Positions 15,434 through 25,975 of a stretch of 45,986 nucleotides of DNA are shown one piece after another. The DNA lies in the IMG/VR virus record IMGVR_UViG_3300026081_000341, positions 1 through 45,986 of that record; one strand, given 5' to 3'. Below the pieces are notes generated by a model. That model was not told the origin of the DNA, made no database searches, and saw only the letters and a program-made list of their open reading frames with translations. The stretch is from a virus (taxonomy: Duplodnaviria; Caudoviricetes). The first letter of the stretch is position 1, and each line of letters starts with the position of its first letter. The translations under genes and the position numbers were made by a program.

Positions 15434-17296
15434 ATGTCAAAGGCCAGTTTATTATCAAAACTTGCACCACCAGCGAGTTTAGATTCAGATCACATTCAAT
15501 TAGGCGATTCAGCTACGGATCGCCTGTTTCTACCTGGCCTAAAACTAGATACTGACTCAGCTCAAACAAATCAAGTACTTACTTGGAACGACACAACTAA
15601 AACGTTATCATTTAAAACACCTGCAGCTGGTACAGATTCTAACGCGATTATATCACTAATTGATTCAGGTTATGTTCAAGCGAGATCAGGCGGAGGAGGA
15701 TCTGGTACAGTAGATTCTGCTCAAACTATTACTCTCATCAGTAATACAGTCGACTCAGCTTATGTCAATGCAAGAGCAGCTCAAGCAGGAATAGCAAGTG
15801 GAGGAATCAATTCTTTTGACTTTGATGCTACACAAGGACAAACAGTATTCTCAGGAAATGATAAACACGGCAACGCTCTTGCTTTTGTATATGAACCTAA
15901 TGTATATTTAAACGGAGCTATACTTAGAAAAACTGAAGACTACACGTCAAATCTTTCTTCTAATACTATAACTCTTGTTTTTGCCGCGGCTGCTGGTGAT
16001 GAAATTACTATACAAGCATATGAACCTACTAGTGCCTTTAACATGGCACAATACTTTGATTCTGCTTTTGTCCAATCAAGAACAAAAACAGTCTTTCCCG
16101 GAAATAGAAATATTGAGACTTTTAGATACGTATCAAATGCATCACAAGTAATATATGAAGGCGCAGACGCGAATGGAAATACTCTTTCATACGATCACGT
16201 ATCCGGTGTACAAGTAAACGTTAATGGTATACTATTAACTTCTGGAAATGACTATGTAGGAAACGCTGGACTCAATAGAATAACTTTACAAGACTCTGTT
16301 CCGGCTGGTTCGGAAGTAGTAATACAAGACTTTAGAAGTAGGTTTCTTCATAGGTTTGAAGATATAGTCGACTCGTCTTATGTCACCTCAAGAATTCCTA
16401 GTTTTACAGATTCTCGAGGAATAGAAAGATACAAGTTTACAACAACTGGTCCACAGTCAGTCTTTACTGGTACGGACTCAGCTGGAAATACTCTCTCGCT
16501 CGGAACGTCTAACTATCTTGTATTTCTTAACGGTGTTAACCTTGACGAAGGTCCAGACTTTACAGTTAACGGAGCTAAAGATACTATTACTCTTACTCCA
16601 GCAGCTGACTCTAACTTTGAACTTGTTGTATATGATTGGGACAAGAGATTTAGTCATACTCTACAGTTAGACTCTGCAAGAACACTTGCAATGATTGAAG
16701 CAAACTATCCTGTACAAGCATCACTTCCATCATTTAAGTACACTGCAACAGCAGGTCAAACAACGTTTACTGGTGGAGATTCTAGTGGAGCTACACTTGC
16801 GTATGGTGTCGGCGGCGTAATGGTATTCTTAAATGGTATTGCACTTGATGATACTGACTTCACTGCTACAGACGGAACTTCAATCTTACTAAGTCCTGGT
16901 GCAACTGAAGGTGATAATGTTGTCATAAAGAACTTTAAGTACAACTTAAACGGAGGTAACGTTAATAATATCCAAGCTGTAGTAAACACTGCATATATTC
17001 AAGAAAGAGTAGATACATTTGTAGAAGTTTCTTCAACTCCAATAACCGCAGTTAACAGACAGACTTTAATAGTAGACACGACTACACCTAAATCAATAGC
17101 ATTACCAACAGGATCTTTTGGAAATAAGATAAAAATAGTTGACGGATCTGGCACAGCAGCAACTAACAACATTACAGTAAGTTCTTCTCAAAAGATTAGA
17201 GGTAGTGATTCAGATTTGATTATAGATATAGATGAGTCAATAGTTGCTTTAGTCTATTATAACTCTACACGCGGTTGGATAATAACGGAGAAATAA
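15434..17296 (+). CDS. Tail/baseplate-associated fibre protein with four internal repeats and a T4 gp9/gp10-like terminal domain
   Basis: Four copies of Q-x-x-(F/Y)-x-G-x-D-x-x-G-x-x-L...(L/V)NG-x-x-L...D(Y/F)...I-x-L; C-terminal VDTTTPKSIALP...IVDGSGTAATNNITV...LVYYNSTRGW. Confidence 0.7.
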   Translation: MSKASLLSKLAPPASLDSDHIQLGDSATDRLFLPGLKLDTDSAQTNQVLTWNDTTKTLSFKTPAAGTDSNAIISLIDSGYVQARSGGGGSGTVDSAQTITLISNTVDSAYVNARAAQAGIASGGINSFDFDATQGQTVFSGNDKHGNALAFVYEPNVYLNGAILRKTEDYTSNLSSNTITLVFAAAAGDEITIQAYEPTSAFNMAQYFDSAFVQSRTKTVFPGNRNIETFRYVSNASQVIYEGADANGNTLSYDHVSGVQVNVNGILLTSGNDYVGNAGLNRITLQDSVPAGSEVVIQDFRSRFLHRFEDIVDSSYVTSRIPSFTDSRGIERYKFTTTGPQSVFTGTDSAGNTLSLGTSNYLVFLNGVNLDEGPDFTVNGAKDTITLTPAADSNFELVVYDWDKRFSHTLQLDSARTLAMIEANYPVQASLPSFKYTATAGQTTFTGGDSSGATLAYGVGGVMVFLNGIALDDTDFTATDGTSILLSPGATEGDNVVIKNFKYNLNGGNVNNIQAVVNTAYIQERVDTFVEVSSTPITAVNRQTLIVDTTTPKSIALPTGSFGNKIKIVDGSGTAATNNITVSSSQKIRGSDSDLIIDIDESIVALVYYNSTRGWIITEK

Positions 17297-18541
17297 ATGG
17301 CAAATAAACTTTCTGATTTTTTAAAACAACTTTCTCAACAATCTGGAGCTGCGCCAGGTACAGTTGCAAATAAAGCTGCTCTTCCTACAAGCGGAAATAC
17401 CGTAGGTGATCTTAAAATTGTAGAAAGTTTAAATTCATTATACATATGGGACGGAACGAAGTGGGAAAGATTCTTTACCGGTCCTGATGAAACTTTAACT
17501 TGGTCAACTGAACCAGATGCAGCGTATACTCTTTCAGGTGACGGAACACCTACTACTATTAATCATCCTGCTACAGATCCTGAAGGATTTCCTATTGACT
17601 ACTCATATGTCGCAACTCCGTCAAACCAACAACAAGCTACGATCAGTCAAGACTCAAGTGTTACAACAGTCACTCCATCAACAAATTCTGCTCATGAAGG
17701 AAGTTTTACTTTGAGAACAATAGCTAGTGATGGTTTATATAAAATATCAAAAAACTCAACTATGACATTAAGTTTCTCTAATGCTGTGTGGGCACAATGG
17801 GCCGATGGGACTACAATTAAAGAATATGCAGGTACTTCACTAACTACTAATGGAACAACATCTGAATCTCATTCAACTATTTCCCGATCTGGACTTCGAG
17901 TCGACGGTGCAGGTAATTACATACAATTTACTGGACTTCCGGATTTTGATTTCGATCCAGGTGCTGGAGAAAACTTTATAGTATGGGCTATGAGATTTCC
18001 AACAACTTTAAGTTTAGGTTATGGAATGTCAATAAGAGACAAGAATGGAACTACAATTAATTTTATTGACGGTATGCAAAGATTTCAAAGCAATACCATA
18101 CATGAAATGAATATGTACACTTCAAATGATGGCGGTAACAGTTTTACCAATAGTAGAGGTAATTACCCATATGCTGACTTGAGTGAATATGGACATCCAG
18201 GAGCAGGTACTAACTACATGCAGGATAAGTATATTGTTTATGCTATAGACTCTAGCAATGCATCCGTTATCTGGTGTAAAGAAGTTGGAGGAAATGGATT
18301 GGCTTTTCAATTAAAACCAAACTGGAGCGGTTCAGGACGAACACAGTTCTATTCTAACGCTAATAACATGATAACATTCTTTGGAGGCGCACCACATGTA
18401 TATACTATTCCAGGTGTATCAGGTGGAAGTGGGAATCACAGTATTTGGAAAATTGATGTGGCGGCAGTAGCGGTATATCCAATATCTTTTGGTGGTGGTG
18501 ATGCTGTTATAGCTGATTTTGCATCAGTGATAGGAGCGTAG
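17297..18541 (+). CDS. Modular fibre/adhesin paralogue
   Basis: LPTSGNTVGD...LYIWDGTKW anchor, then ATDPEGFPIDYS...GSFTLRTIASDG Ig/cadherin-like module, then a unique C-terminus. Confidence 0.7.
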   Translation: MANKLSDFLKQLSQQSGAAPGTVANKAALPTSGNTVGDLKIVESLNSLYIWDGTKWERFFTGPDETLTWSTEPDAAYTLSGDGTPTTINHPATDPEGFPIDYSYVATPSNQQQATISQDSSVTTVTPSTNSAHEGSFTLRTIASDGLYKISKNSTMTLSFSNAVWAQWADGTTIKEYAGTSLTTNGTTSESHSTISRSGLRVDGAGNYIQFTGLPDFDFDPGAGENFIVWAMRFPTTLSLGYGMSIRDKNGTTINFIDGMQRFQSNTIHEMNMYTSNDGGNSFTNSRGNYPYADLSEYGHPGAGTNYMQDKYIVYAIDSSNASVIWCKEVGGNGLAFQLKPNWSGSGRTQFYSNANNMITFFGGAPHVYTIPGVSGGSGNHSIWKIDVAAVAVYPISFGGGDAVIADFASVIGA

Positions 18542-18543
18542 AG

Positions 18544-21084
18544 ATGGCATCAAACAACAGAAACTTAGCTAATCTATTATCACCTGGTAGCTCTCAAATT
18601 CCAGCATCTAAACTTCCTATTGCGGGTACAGAAGAATATTCTGGAGTTGATTCTTTAGGTGTAGGTTCTGTTATTGGAGAACAAGCATATGTTTCAGGAA
18701 ATAATCAATTGTACATTTGGAATGGAACTGGCTGGTACAGTATCGCAATAGTCAACACAAGTCCTACTTGGACTTCGGGGTATCAACCTAATGCATCATA
18801 TAATCTAGATGGAGACAGCCCGCAAAGTCCTACAGTTATAACTTTAAGAGCTACAGATCCAGAAGGTTTACCGATAACGTATAGTCACGTTATTGGAGGA
18901 TCTATGGACAGTATAGCAACTATTAGTCAAGACTCAAGCGTGTTCACGATTACTCCTAAGACTCAAGCACAAGTTGGTGATGGCACACATACTGGATCTA
19001 TAACTTTCAGGGCCACTGACGGTATTAACATTCTACCTCAAGTATCTAGCTTTACTTTAGAATTTGTTTCAACTGTAACAAATAGTAGATATACAGTTTC
19101 ATTAATAAATGCGGTTTCTACTGGTAACAATAATAATAATATAACAGATGCTTCTAATAGTAATCATACTATAACTGTCAATGGTGATGCTACTGCTGGC
19201 ACATTTAGCCCATATCGACATGGTGGATACAGTGCACACTTTGTTGACGGTACTGATGATTATATAAAATCAGAAGTTACTTCAACCCTTAATTTAGCTA
19301 ATAATACTAATTGGACTGTAGAAGGGTGGTATAATTTTACTGATGCTCCAGGTACAAATGGGAGATACTTATTTTCGAATGATAATGGCACTTTTAGTTG
19401 GAGTAACATTAACTACATGTGTTATTTTAATACTTCAAGTACCTTAAAATTTGAATGGGGCGGAGGTCAAAATATAACAATGAATTTTACTCCTGAAGTA
19501 GGCAGGTGGTATCATTTAGCATGGTCCTGCGATGGCACAACAATAAGAGCTTTTGTTGACGGCAATGTTCTTGCGACTAATACAGGAAGCACTCAATTTT
19601 ACACATATAGCAGTGCATTTATACAAATAGGTCGACCTCCAGCAGGTTATGGTAGTTCAAAAGAAATGAAAGGCCATGTGTCAGATTTTAGAATAGTAGT
19701 TGGTACATGTGTATATTCTGCTAACTTTGCAGTTCCTAGTCAACGTCTTACAGCTATACCAAATACTAAATTATTAACCTGTAACAGCGTATTAACTTTT
19801 GCCGATAACTCTAGTCAAAGTTTATCATTAACTCCTTATGGTGATATGGAATCAAGTCCTTTTGCTCCATATGATAACCTTGAATACGATCCTACAGTTC
19901 ATGGTGGATCAGTATATTTTGATGGAACTGGAGATAACATAGAAACCCAAACAAATCAGACAATTCCTACAGGTAATTGGACTATTTCGTATTGGGTAAA
20001 TTGGAATAGAATCCAATCTAATAATAGTTGCTGGGGTCAAGGTTTGTTGGGCGACACAGGCCGTATGAATATGTATATAGCAAATGATCGTCACGCAGTT
20101 GCTTTTGGAGGTGGCAGTTACACCCTTGCAGCAACTAATGCTACCGTTGCAAATCTTTGGTATTTTATTCAAATTAGCTTTGATGCGGCTAGTCAAAGGT
20201 TAGATTGGTGGGAAAACGGAATTAAACAAACTAGTGGTACTTCATCTAACACTGGCGCAGCTTCACCTTCTGCAACTGTTCTTTCTCTTGGTGGTAGTCT
20301 TTGGTATACGGCCACCCCATTAATGGAAGGATACATGGCAGACTTTTTAGTTGTTCCGAGCCATACAGCAAGCGCCATGGATGTGCCAACAGGACAAAGA
20401 TCAACTCCAAGCAACGCAGTTGTACATATCAAAGGAACAGATGCCTCTTTTATAGATGAATCTCAAATTTCTAGTTTTGTCGATATGGCAGTTGGTAATG
20501 ATAATAATGGACAAAACGTTGAACCTTCAGGATCGACTACTCAAGTTAAATTTGCTGGAACTAAGTCTATGCATTTTGATCAAGATGTTGCTATTATTAA
20601 ACCTACAGATATTAATGACTATATTCTTGGAACCGGCGATTTTACAATCGAAAAGTGGATATACTTTACGAGTTTCAACAGCGGAGATAATGTTTTATAT
20701 GATTTCAGACCATCAGGTGTAAATGGTGCTTATTTGAACATGTATGAAAACGCTGGGACTATAAAAGTTTATGTCGGTTCTGCCAACGCTAACACTATTG
20801 TTGCCGGTTCAGCAGTATCATTAAACACATGGCATCACATAGCTTTATGTAGATCAGGTACAAGTAAAAAACTGTTTATTGACGGCAATCAAAGTGGATC
20901 AACTTATACCGATAATGTCAGTTACACTTGTGGAGACAGAGGAATAGTGTTAGGTAGTATAGGATATAATAATTCTTACTCTGCATATGGAATAAATGCA
21001 TATATTCAAGATTTTAGAATTACAAAAGGACTGGCAAGATACACATCTAACTTTACGCCTCCAACAGAACCATTAAAAGGATAA
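18544..21084 (+). CDS. Modular fibre/adhesin with three LamG/concanavalin-A-like domains
   Basis: Anchor LYIWNGTGW, ATDPEGLPITYS; WTVEGW...GRWYHLAW, NLWYFIQI, FTIEKWIY...TWHHIALCR, IQDFRITKGLARYTSNFTPP. Confidence 0.8.
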   Translation: MASNNRNLANLLSPGSSQIPASKLPIAGTEEYSGVDSLGVGSVIGEQAYVSGNNQLYIWNGTGWYSIAIVNTSPTWTSGYQPNASYNLDGDSPQSPTVITLRATDPEGLPITYSHVIGGSMDSIATISQDSSVFTITPKTQAQVGDGTHTGSITFRATDGINILPQVSSFTLEFVSTVTNSRYTVSLINAVSTGNNNNNITDASNSNHTITVNGDATAGTFSPYRHGGYSAHFVDGTDDYIKSEVTSTLNLANNTNWTVEGWYNFTDAPGTNGRYLFSNDNGTFSWSNINYMCYFNTSSTLKFEWGGGQNITMNFTPEVGRWYHLAWSCDGTTIRAFVDGNVLATNTGSTQFYTYSSAFIQIGRPPAGYGSSKEMKGHVSDFRIVVGTCVYSANFAVPSQRLTAIPNTKLLTCNSVLTFADNSSQSLSLTPYGDMESSPFAPYDNLEYDPTVHGGSVYFDGTGDNIETQTNQTIPTGNWTISYWVNWNRIQSNNSCWGQGLLGDTGRMNMYIANDRHAVAFGGGSYTLAATNATVANLWYFIQISFDAASQRLDWWENGIKQTSGTSSNTGAASPSATVLSLGGSLWYTATPLMEGYMADFLVVPSHTASAMDVPTGQRSTPSNAVVHIKGTDASFIDESQISSFVDMAVGNDNNGQNVEPSGSTTQVKFAGTKSMHFDQDVAIIKPTDINDYILGTGDFTIEKWIYFTSFNSGDNVLYDFRPSGVNGAYLNMYENAGTIKVYVGSANANTIVAGSAVSLNTWHHIALCRSGTSKKLFIDGNQSGSTYTDNVSYTCGDRGIVLGSIGYNNSYSAYGINAYIQDFRITKGLARYTSNFTPPTEPLKG

Positions 21085-21087
21085 GAC

Positions 21088-21315
21088 ATGAAAAAATTTA
21101 AAGAGTTTGTAGAAGCACACTATGCAGTAGATATAGAAGGTCTGCCTAAACTGTTTATGCAAACAGACAATCCCGGTTCTTTAAAGCGTGATCTTCGAAA
21201 GATTGTAAGAAAAGTTGATATGATTAATAGTTTAGAAAGAGTACAAAAGTCTGACATAAGAAAAGCACTGCAACTAAAACTAAGAGGTAAAGAAGAAGAG
21301 GAACAAGATGAGTAA
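21088..21315 (+). CDS. Small probable head-internal protein
   Basis: MKKFKEFVE capsid-targeting-like N-terminus. Confidence 0.6.
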   Translation: MKKFKEFVEAHYAVDIEGLPKLFMQTDNPGSLKRDLRKIVRKVDMINSLERVQKSDIRKALQLKLRGKEEEEQDE

Positions 21316-22444
21316 TGCTAGAAACTTATCAAACTTATTAGGTGGAAAGACTACACTTTCTGCAGACAACGTTGAAGGAGTCCAAAAGAAAGAAGTAACT
21401 TCCGATACGACTGGTCTAGGATCTGGACAACAGGCTGATCAGAAGTTTGTTGCCGCAAACAAGTCGTTGTATGTCTATGACGGCGCTGAATGGGATCGGA
21501 TAACAGGTGACAATTCATTTCCTTTTGTACAGACAGAACCACCAACGACTGTTCAAGGTTTAGATGGTTTTACTGCAGGTGCTACATTAGATATTACTAT
21601 GAAAGTCATAGATCCAGATGGATTTCCAATAAAATATTCTATTGATTATAAGGCAGATTCTATGAATCCGATTGAACCATACGGACTTGGTTACACAGGC
21701 AACAATGGATTGAAAATATTTGCTTCTGATTCTTTACCATTTCAATTAGATTCCGTTTCTATAGATCAAACAAATGGGATATATAAATTTGCCTCTAAGT
21801 TATCAGATTCTTTTGCTGGTTCATTTAACGCTCGTTTAAGCGCAACTGATGGAATTAACACCGTAAGTCGCGTGGTTCCAATTAGTCTGTCCTTTATTTC
21901 ATATTATGATATAAGTGGTGGAAGTGAGGGTAACTCAACTACATACGTTGCTCCTAATGGTACAAGAATTGTAGCATCTGGAAACAGCTATAACACAAGC
22001 AGTTATAACATCAAGCATTTAACAGAAGGACCAGGTGGCACATACTGGTTAGCAAGCGGTGGTCAAGACCAAAATTTAACTTTAGATTTTTCAAATTCTA
22101 CAGGAATTAGTAAAGTAGCATATATTAGAATTTGGCCAAGAGCAAGAACCGACCAGTATTCTCGTTTAAATGGAGTGTACAAAGGAAATGAACTTAATAC
22201 TACTGACACTCAAATTCACGGTTCTAGTCTCTTCAATGATTTAGCAAATGGATCGGGCGGCTTTGATCTTGCCATAAGTATGACGGGATCTAGTGACAAT
22301 AGTGCGACCAGAGGATATAAAGATCTTTTTTTTAGTCCCCATGTAGATTTATCGGCAACTCCATACATAACAATAGATCTTTATCATGCAGCAGGAACTG
22401 ACTGGGGAACCAGTTCAGATGAAATACAAGTATACGGATATTAA
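21308..22444 (+). CDS. Modular fibre/adhesin paralogue, discoidin/F5-8-like C-terminus
   Basis: MSNARNLSNLL, LYVYDGAEWDRI, DPDGFPIKYS, SATDG; C-terminal YWLAS...NLTLDF...IRIWPR...EIQVYG. Confidence 0.7.
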   Translation: MSNARNLSNLLGGKTTLSADNVEGVQKKEVTSDTTGLGSGQQADQKFVAANKSLYVYDGAEWDRITGDNSFPFVQTEPPTTVQGLDGFTAGATLDITMKVIDPDGFPIKYSIDYKADSMNPIEPYGLGYTGNNGLKIFASDSLPFQLDSVSIDQTNGIYKFASKLSDSFAGSFNARLSATDGINTVSRVVPISLSFISYYDISGGSEGNSTTYVAPNGTRIVASGNSYNTSSYNIKHLTEGPGGTYWLASGGQDQNLTLDFSNSTGISKVAYIRIWPRARTDQYSRLNGVYKGNELNTTDTQIHGSSLFNDLANGSGGFDLAISMTGSSDNSATRGYKDLFFSPHVDLSATPYITIDLYHAAGTDWGTSSDEIQVYGY

Positions 22445-22456
22445 GAGTAAAAAACA

Positions 22457-22464
22457 TATAAATA
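22457..22464 (+). promoter_or_regulatory. T4-type late promoter TATAAATA
   Basis: Exact consensus in the intergenic gap. Confidence 0.75.
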
Positions 22465-22484
22465 TAATCAAATGCTTTATCTAA

Positions 22485-22808
22485 ATGGGAAAACTGATGG
22501 CAGAAGATACTAATAAGAGATTAGATCGAATCGAAGAGAAGTTAGATAAAATGGGAGATGCTCTCATTAATCTTGCTCGTTTCGAAGAAAAGATTATCTC
22601 TTATTCAAAGTACTTCGAAGAAAAGATGGATACTTATAATAAGTATAGAGACGAATCTTGGGAAAGGATGAATAGGTTTTCTGAAAAGTTGGATGCACTG
22701 ACATTACAAGTTGAGGAAAACTCAAGAACTGTCGCAGTCATTAATAAATTATTTTGGGTCGCAATTGTAGCGGCGTCAGGCGCTATAGCCGCACAAATAT
22801 GGATGTAA
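22485..22808 (+). CDS. Coiled-coil protein with C-terminal transmembrane helix
   Basis: RLDRIEEKLDK heptads; LFWVAIVAASGAIAAQIW. Start may be 22497. Confidence 0.7.
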   Translation: MGKLMAEDTNKRLDRIEEKLDKMGDALINLARFEEKIISYSKYFEEKMDTYNKYRDESWERMNRFSEKLDALTLQVEENSRTVAVINKLFWVAIVAASGAIAAQIWM

Positions 22809-22820
22809 AAGGAGTAAAAA

Positions 22821-24173
22821 ATGGATCATTCAGACATAAATCATGATAACATGCAAGCGGCCTATCTCAAGGTTTTAGGCATAGGCCAAAAAGAAGAACT
22901 CGAAGAAGCAAGAATCGTTACAAAGGACGGGAAGTTTTGTGTCATGACTGATAATGATACAGAAGCCGGAAGTTTTGACGACAGAGAATCTGCTCTAGAG
23001 TTCATAAAGAACAATAAAGAGAAACTCACTATGAGGGACGACAAGGCAAAACCTGCTACAAAAGACGTTGCTGAGAAAGACGTAAAAGAAAAGGTTGAGT
23101 ATCCTCATAAGATGTATGACCCTAAGACTGGAGAAGAAGTTACAGCTAAAACTCCAGAAGACCATAACAAATATGCTAAAATGGGTTATGTACATGAAAA
23201 ACCAAAGATGGACGAGTCAGTTCAGTTTGTAGTTCCAGAAGAAATTACAGATACTAAAGAAAGAACTGCGTTCATGGGCGCTGCTGCTGCAGCACATAAG
23301 TCTGGTAAGTCACACTTCAACTTTGGTGGTAAGAAACATCCTGTTACAATTAAGAAGGATACTGCTAAAGCAGTTAACTCTTCAACAACAGATGAGGCAT
23401 CTTGTGGAAGTGGAAGAAAGTCTCGTAAAGAGGAAACTGATGATTATCATTATTCAACAGGTCAGCCACTTAATAAGAAAAAGAAAAAAGTTGATGAACA
23501 TCACGACAAACCAGAAGAGCATGAAGAAAATGTAAAAGAGAATAAGCAAGCTGCTCTCATGAAAAAACTTTCTAAGACAGCGCAGAGTTCTGCAAAAGGA
23601 AAGGCCGCAGTGACACTACCGAGTATGCCTTTTATGAAGAAGAAAAAAGAAGAACCTAAAAAGGTTGGAAGAGGTAGTGAGATCGTAAAGTATGAAGACA
23701 AACAAGTAAAAAGTGCTGACAAGAGACCGGTTAAAATGAATGTCGGTGGAAAGGAGGTTATAAGAATGGAGCCAGTGAAGAAAAGAGTAGCTGAAGGTAT
23801 TAATAAAGAAAATTGGTTGTTGAAACTAAAAGAGAAGCAGGAGACTATCATAACTGAAAATGCGATTGCACCTGTTCCTAAGCCAACTAAAGATATAATG
23901 AAGAAGTCACCTCATGCAGGTGGTGATGATACCAGAGATACATTTTCAAAGCAGCTATCAACTCGTAAGGGTGAAGAAGAATTTGTAAAAATGCATGAAC
24001 CTCAAATGCCAGAGTTTGCAGACACTAACTCTGTTATTCCAAAAACATTCAAAGCGTATACTGCTGGTGTAAACGGACCTAAATATAGACATACGGATAA
24101 CACTGCTGGTGACAAAAAACCAGTTAATCCTGCACCAATAGGAAAAGCTGGAGCTGTTGGTCCTAAGGACTGA
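22821..24173 (+). CDS. Lys/Glu-rich probable head-internal polyprotein
   Basis: Many hydrophobic-x-E sites (LEE, VKE, MDE, VDE, VAE, LKE, ITE); AGGAG RBS. Confidence 0.6.
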   Translation: MDHSDINHDNMQAAYLKVLGIGQKEELEEARIVTKDGKFCVMTDNDTEAGSFDDRESALEFIKNNKEKLTMRDDKAKPATKDVAEKDVKEKVEYPHKMYDPKTGEEVTAKTPEDHNKYAKMGYVHEKPKMDESVQFVVPEEITDTKERTAFMGAAAAAHKSGKSHFNFGGKKHPVTIKKDTAKAVNSSTTDEASCGSGRKSRKEETDDYHYSTGQPLNKKKKKVDEHHDKPEEHEENVKENKQAALMKKLSKTAQSSAKGKAAVTLPSMPFMKKKKEEPKKVGRGSEIVKYEDKQVKSADKRPVKMNVGGKEVIRMEPVKKRVAEGINKENWLLKLKEKQETIITENAIAPVPKPTKDIMKKSPHAGGDDTRDTFSKQLSTRKGEEEFVKMHEPQMPEFADTNSVIPKTFKAYTAGVNGPKYRHTDNTAGDKKPVNPAPIGKAGAVGPKD

Positions 24174-24192
24174 GGTTTTAATTTAAATTATT

Positions 24193-24561
24193 ATGAAGTT
24201 ATTTGATGAGTTAAATGATAGTAATATTGTGATCTATGCTGCAAAGCATTATTACAATCCTATCTGCATGGACGCCGAAGAGTTTTATGAAGACTTAAAT
24301 CGGTTTAAGTATATAAAGAGACTTGTGAACAAATATCATGAATCTGGTAACGTATCAGAAAGATTGATACTAAATCACATGATTGTTGTCTTTAATGTTT
24401 TTGACACGAAACCAACGCTAAGAATTATGGAGTATAAGTTCGACGAAAAACAATGGCAAGTTCTAAAACCATTTTTAGTGTTCCTAAAACATATAAAAAA
24501 TAATGAATACACAAATGTCAAAATGGATAAGCATGTCATAGAAAAGCTGAGGAAAATTTAA
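24193..24561 (+). CDS. Conserved T4-like hypothetical protein
   Basis: YAAKHYYNP...EEFYEDLNRFKYIKRL...ERLILNH pattern recalled from T4-like phages. Confidence 0.7.
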   Translation: MKLFDELNDSNIVIYAAKHYYNPICMDAEEFYEDLNRFKYIKRLVNKYHESGNVSERLILNHMIVVFNVFDTKPTLRIMEYKFDEKQWQVLKPFLVFLKHIKNNEYTNVKMDKHVIEKLRKI

Positions 24562-24562
24562 A

Positions 24563-25153
24563 ATGGTTGGATTATTAAAGAGAGCCGGAGATTTAGTATA
24601 CACGTTTAGATTCATATCTTTATTAGTAACTCCATTTGAAAAGACAGATGCTTTTAAGCGCGGTATCATAGATGCAAAAGGTAATAGAAATAAATCATAT
24701 AAGATCGTAGATTCTGCTGATAAGTCAGCTTATACACCTTTCCACAAACTTGTATTTAATATAAAGAAACTCATGGCTAAAGTTCCAGGAGGAAGTTCTT
24801 CTATCGCTTCGTACGGTGCAGCTTTGTATCTTATAAAAGAAGACGGTAACTTGAGAGATCCTCAATTAGAACAGATATTAGAAAAAACTGGATTTCAAAG
24901 TTATGACTTTCTTGCTGAAAAAAATGAATGGTATGTGCTGAATGATGGGAGAGTATCTCCTGGATTATATAAAGTAAAGTATGATAAGATAGTCAATAGT
25001 ACGTATGAGCCTTTAGTTATGAGAGGTGATAAAGTGAGAGTAAGTGATAATGCGTATCCAGTAGGAGATATTTTTGGTTTAAATATCTATGAGGGAACAC
25101 ATATAAATACTAATCAAAAGATATATTTCGCTTTGGAGGAGCTAATAGAATGA
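24563..25153 (+). CDS. Conserved T4-like hypothetical protein
   Basis: YTFRFISLLVTPFEKTDAFKRGIID...YTPFHKLVFNIKKL. Confidence 0.7.
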   Translation: MVGLLKRAGDLVYTFRFISLLVTPFEKTDAFKRGIIDAKGNRNKSYKIVDSADKSAYTPFHKLVFNIKKLMAKVPGGSSSIASYGAALYLIKEDGNLRDPQLEQILEKTGFQSYDFLAEKNEWYVLNDGRVSPGLYKVKYDKIVNSTYEPLVMRGDKVRVSDNAYPVGDIFGLNIYEGTHINTNQKIYFALEELIE

Positions 25154-25551
25154 GAGGAGCATATGATCCTAACGAAAACAGAAAAGGTCCAAAGACTCAT
25201 TTTGTTTATCAAAGAGGTGTACCGAAAACCAAGTCAATTGTACATAGAGGAACTGAACAAAGTTCTAAAGACTGGATAAAAAAGAACGCCAAGCACTTTA
25301 TTCATAAAGGAAAAGCCTTTGTTATATACAAAGGAAAATCTAAGACTGTCAGACCGAGTGATGCTCTAGATTTTAAATATGTACATGAAGATCTACCAGG
25401 AAATGCTATTGGACATGGTGGAGTAGATATGGCTCCAAACATGGGACCTAGATTTAAAACAACTGATGTAACTGATAAGAGATATAGAAAAGATAGACCA
25501 CCTGTTGTAAGAAGAGGGTTTAAAGCTTTTTTAAACGATAAAAATGGCTAG
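25150..25551 (+). CDS. Hypothetical basic protein
   Basis: ATGA overlap; 133 aa. Confidence 0.6.
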   Translation: MRGAYDPNENRKGPKTHFVYQRGVPKTKSIVHRGTEQSSKDWIKKNAKHFIHKGKAFVIYKGKSKTVRPSDALDFKYVHEDLPGNAIGHGGVDMAPNMGPRFKTTDVTDKRYRKDRPPVVRRGFKAFLNDKNG

Positions 25552-25975
25552 GCTATATTTAACGATTATTATAGTAGGAATTATAGGAGGAGTAGGTTGG
25601 TTCGGTTATAAGTACTATGTTGATACACAGACTAGAATTAGTTTACTCACCGCAAACAATGCTAAACTTGAAACGGCACAAAAACAAACAGCCGCAGAGT
25701 TTGAACAGTACAGACTTAAAGTAACTGAAGAGATAGAAAACTTTAAGGCTCAACTAAAGAAGCAACAAGAGCTTAATGACGAACTTAGCTTAAATCTCAA
25801 ACAATCTGTTGAAAAGAACGAAGCCATAGCTAAGCTACTGGCTAACACAGATATTATTAAAAACGCCCTTGCTGACCCTAAGGCTACTGAGGATAAAATA
25901 AATGAAGAAGTTGATAAGTTTTTTGGCGATATCGGCTGCGCTACTGGTAAGTGCATGCAGTCAAATCCCAACTAA
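25544..25975 (+). CDS. Inner-membrane spanin (Rz-like)
   Basis: N-terminal TM helix, long periplasmic coiled coil, C-terminal cysteines; overlaps a lipoprotein gene. Confidence 0.75.
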   Translation: MARLYLTIIIVGIIGGVGWFGYKYYVDTQTRISLLTANNAKLETAQKQTAAEFEQYRLKVTEEIENFKAQLKKQQELNDELSLNLKQSVEKNEAIAKLLANTDIIKNALADPKATEDKINEEVDKFFGDIGCATGKCMQSNPN

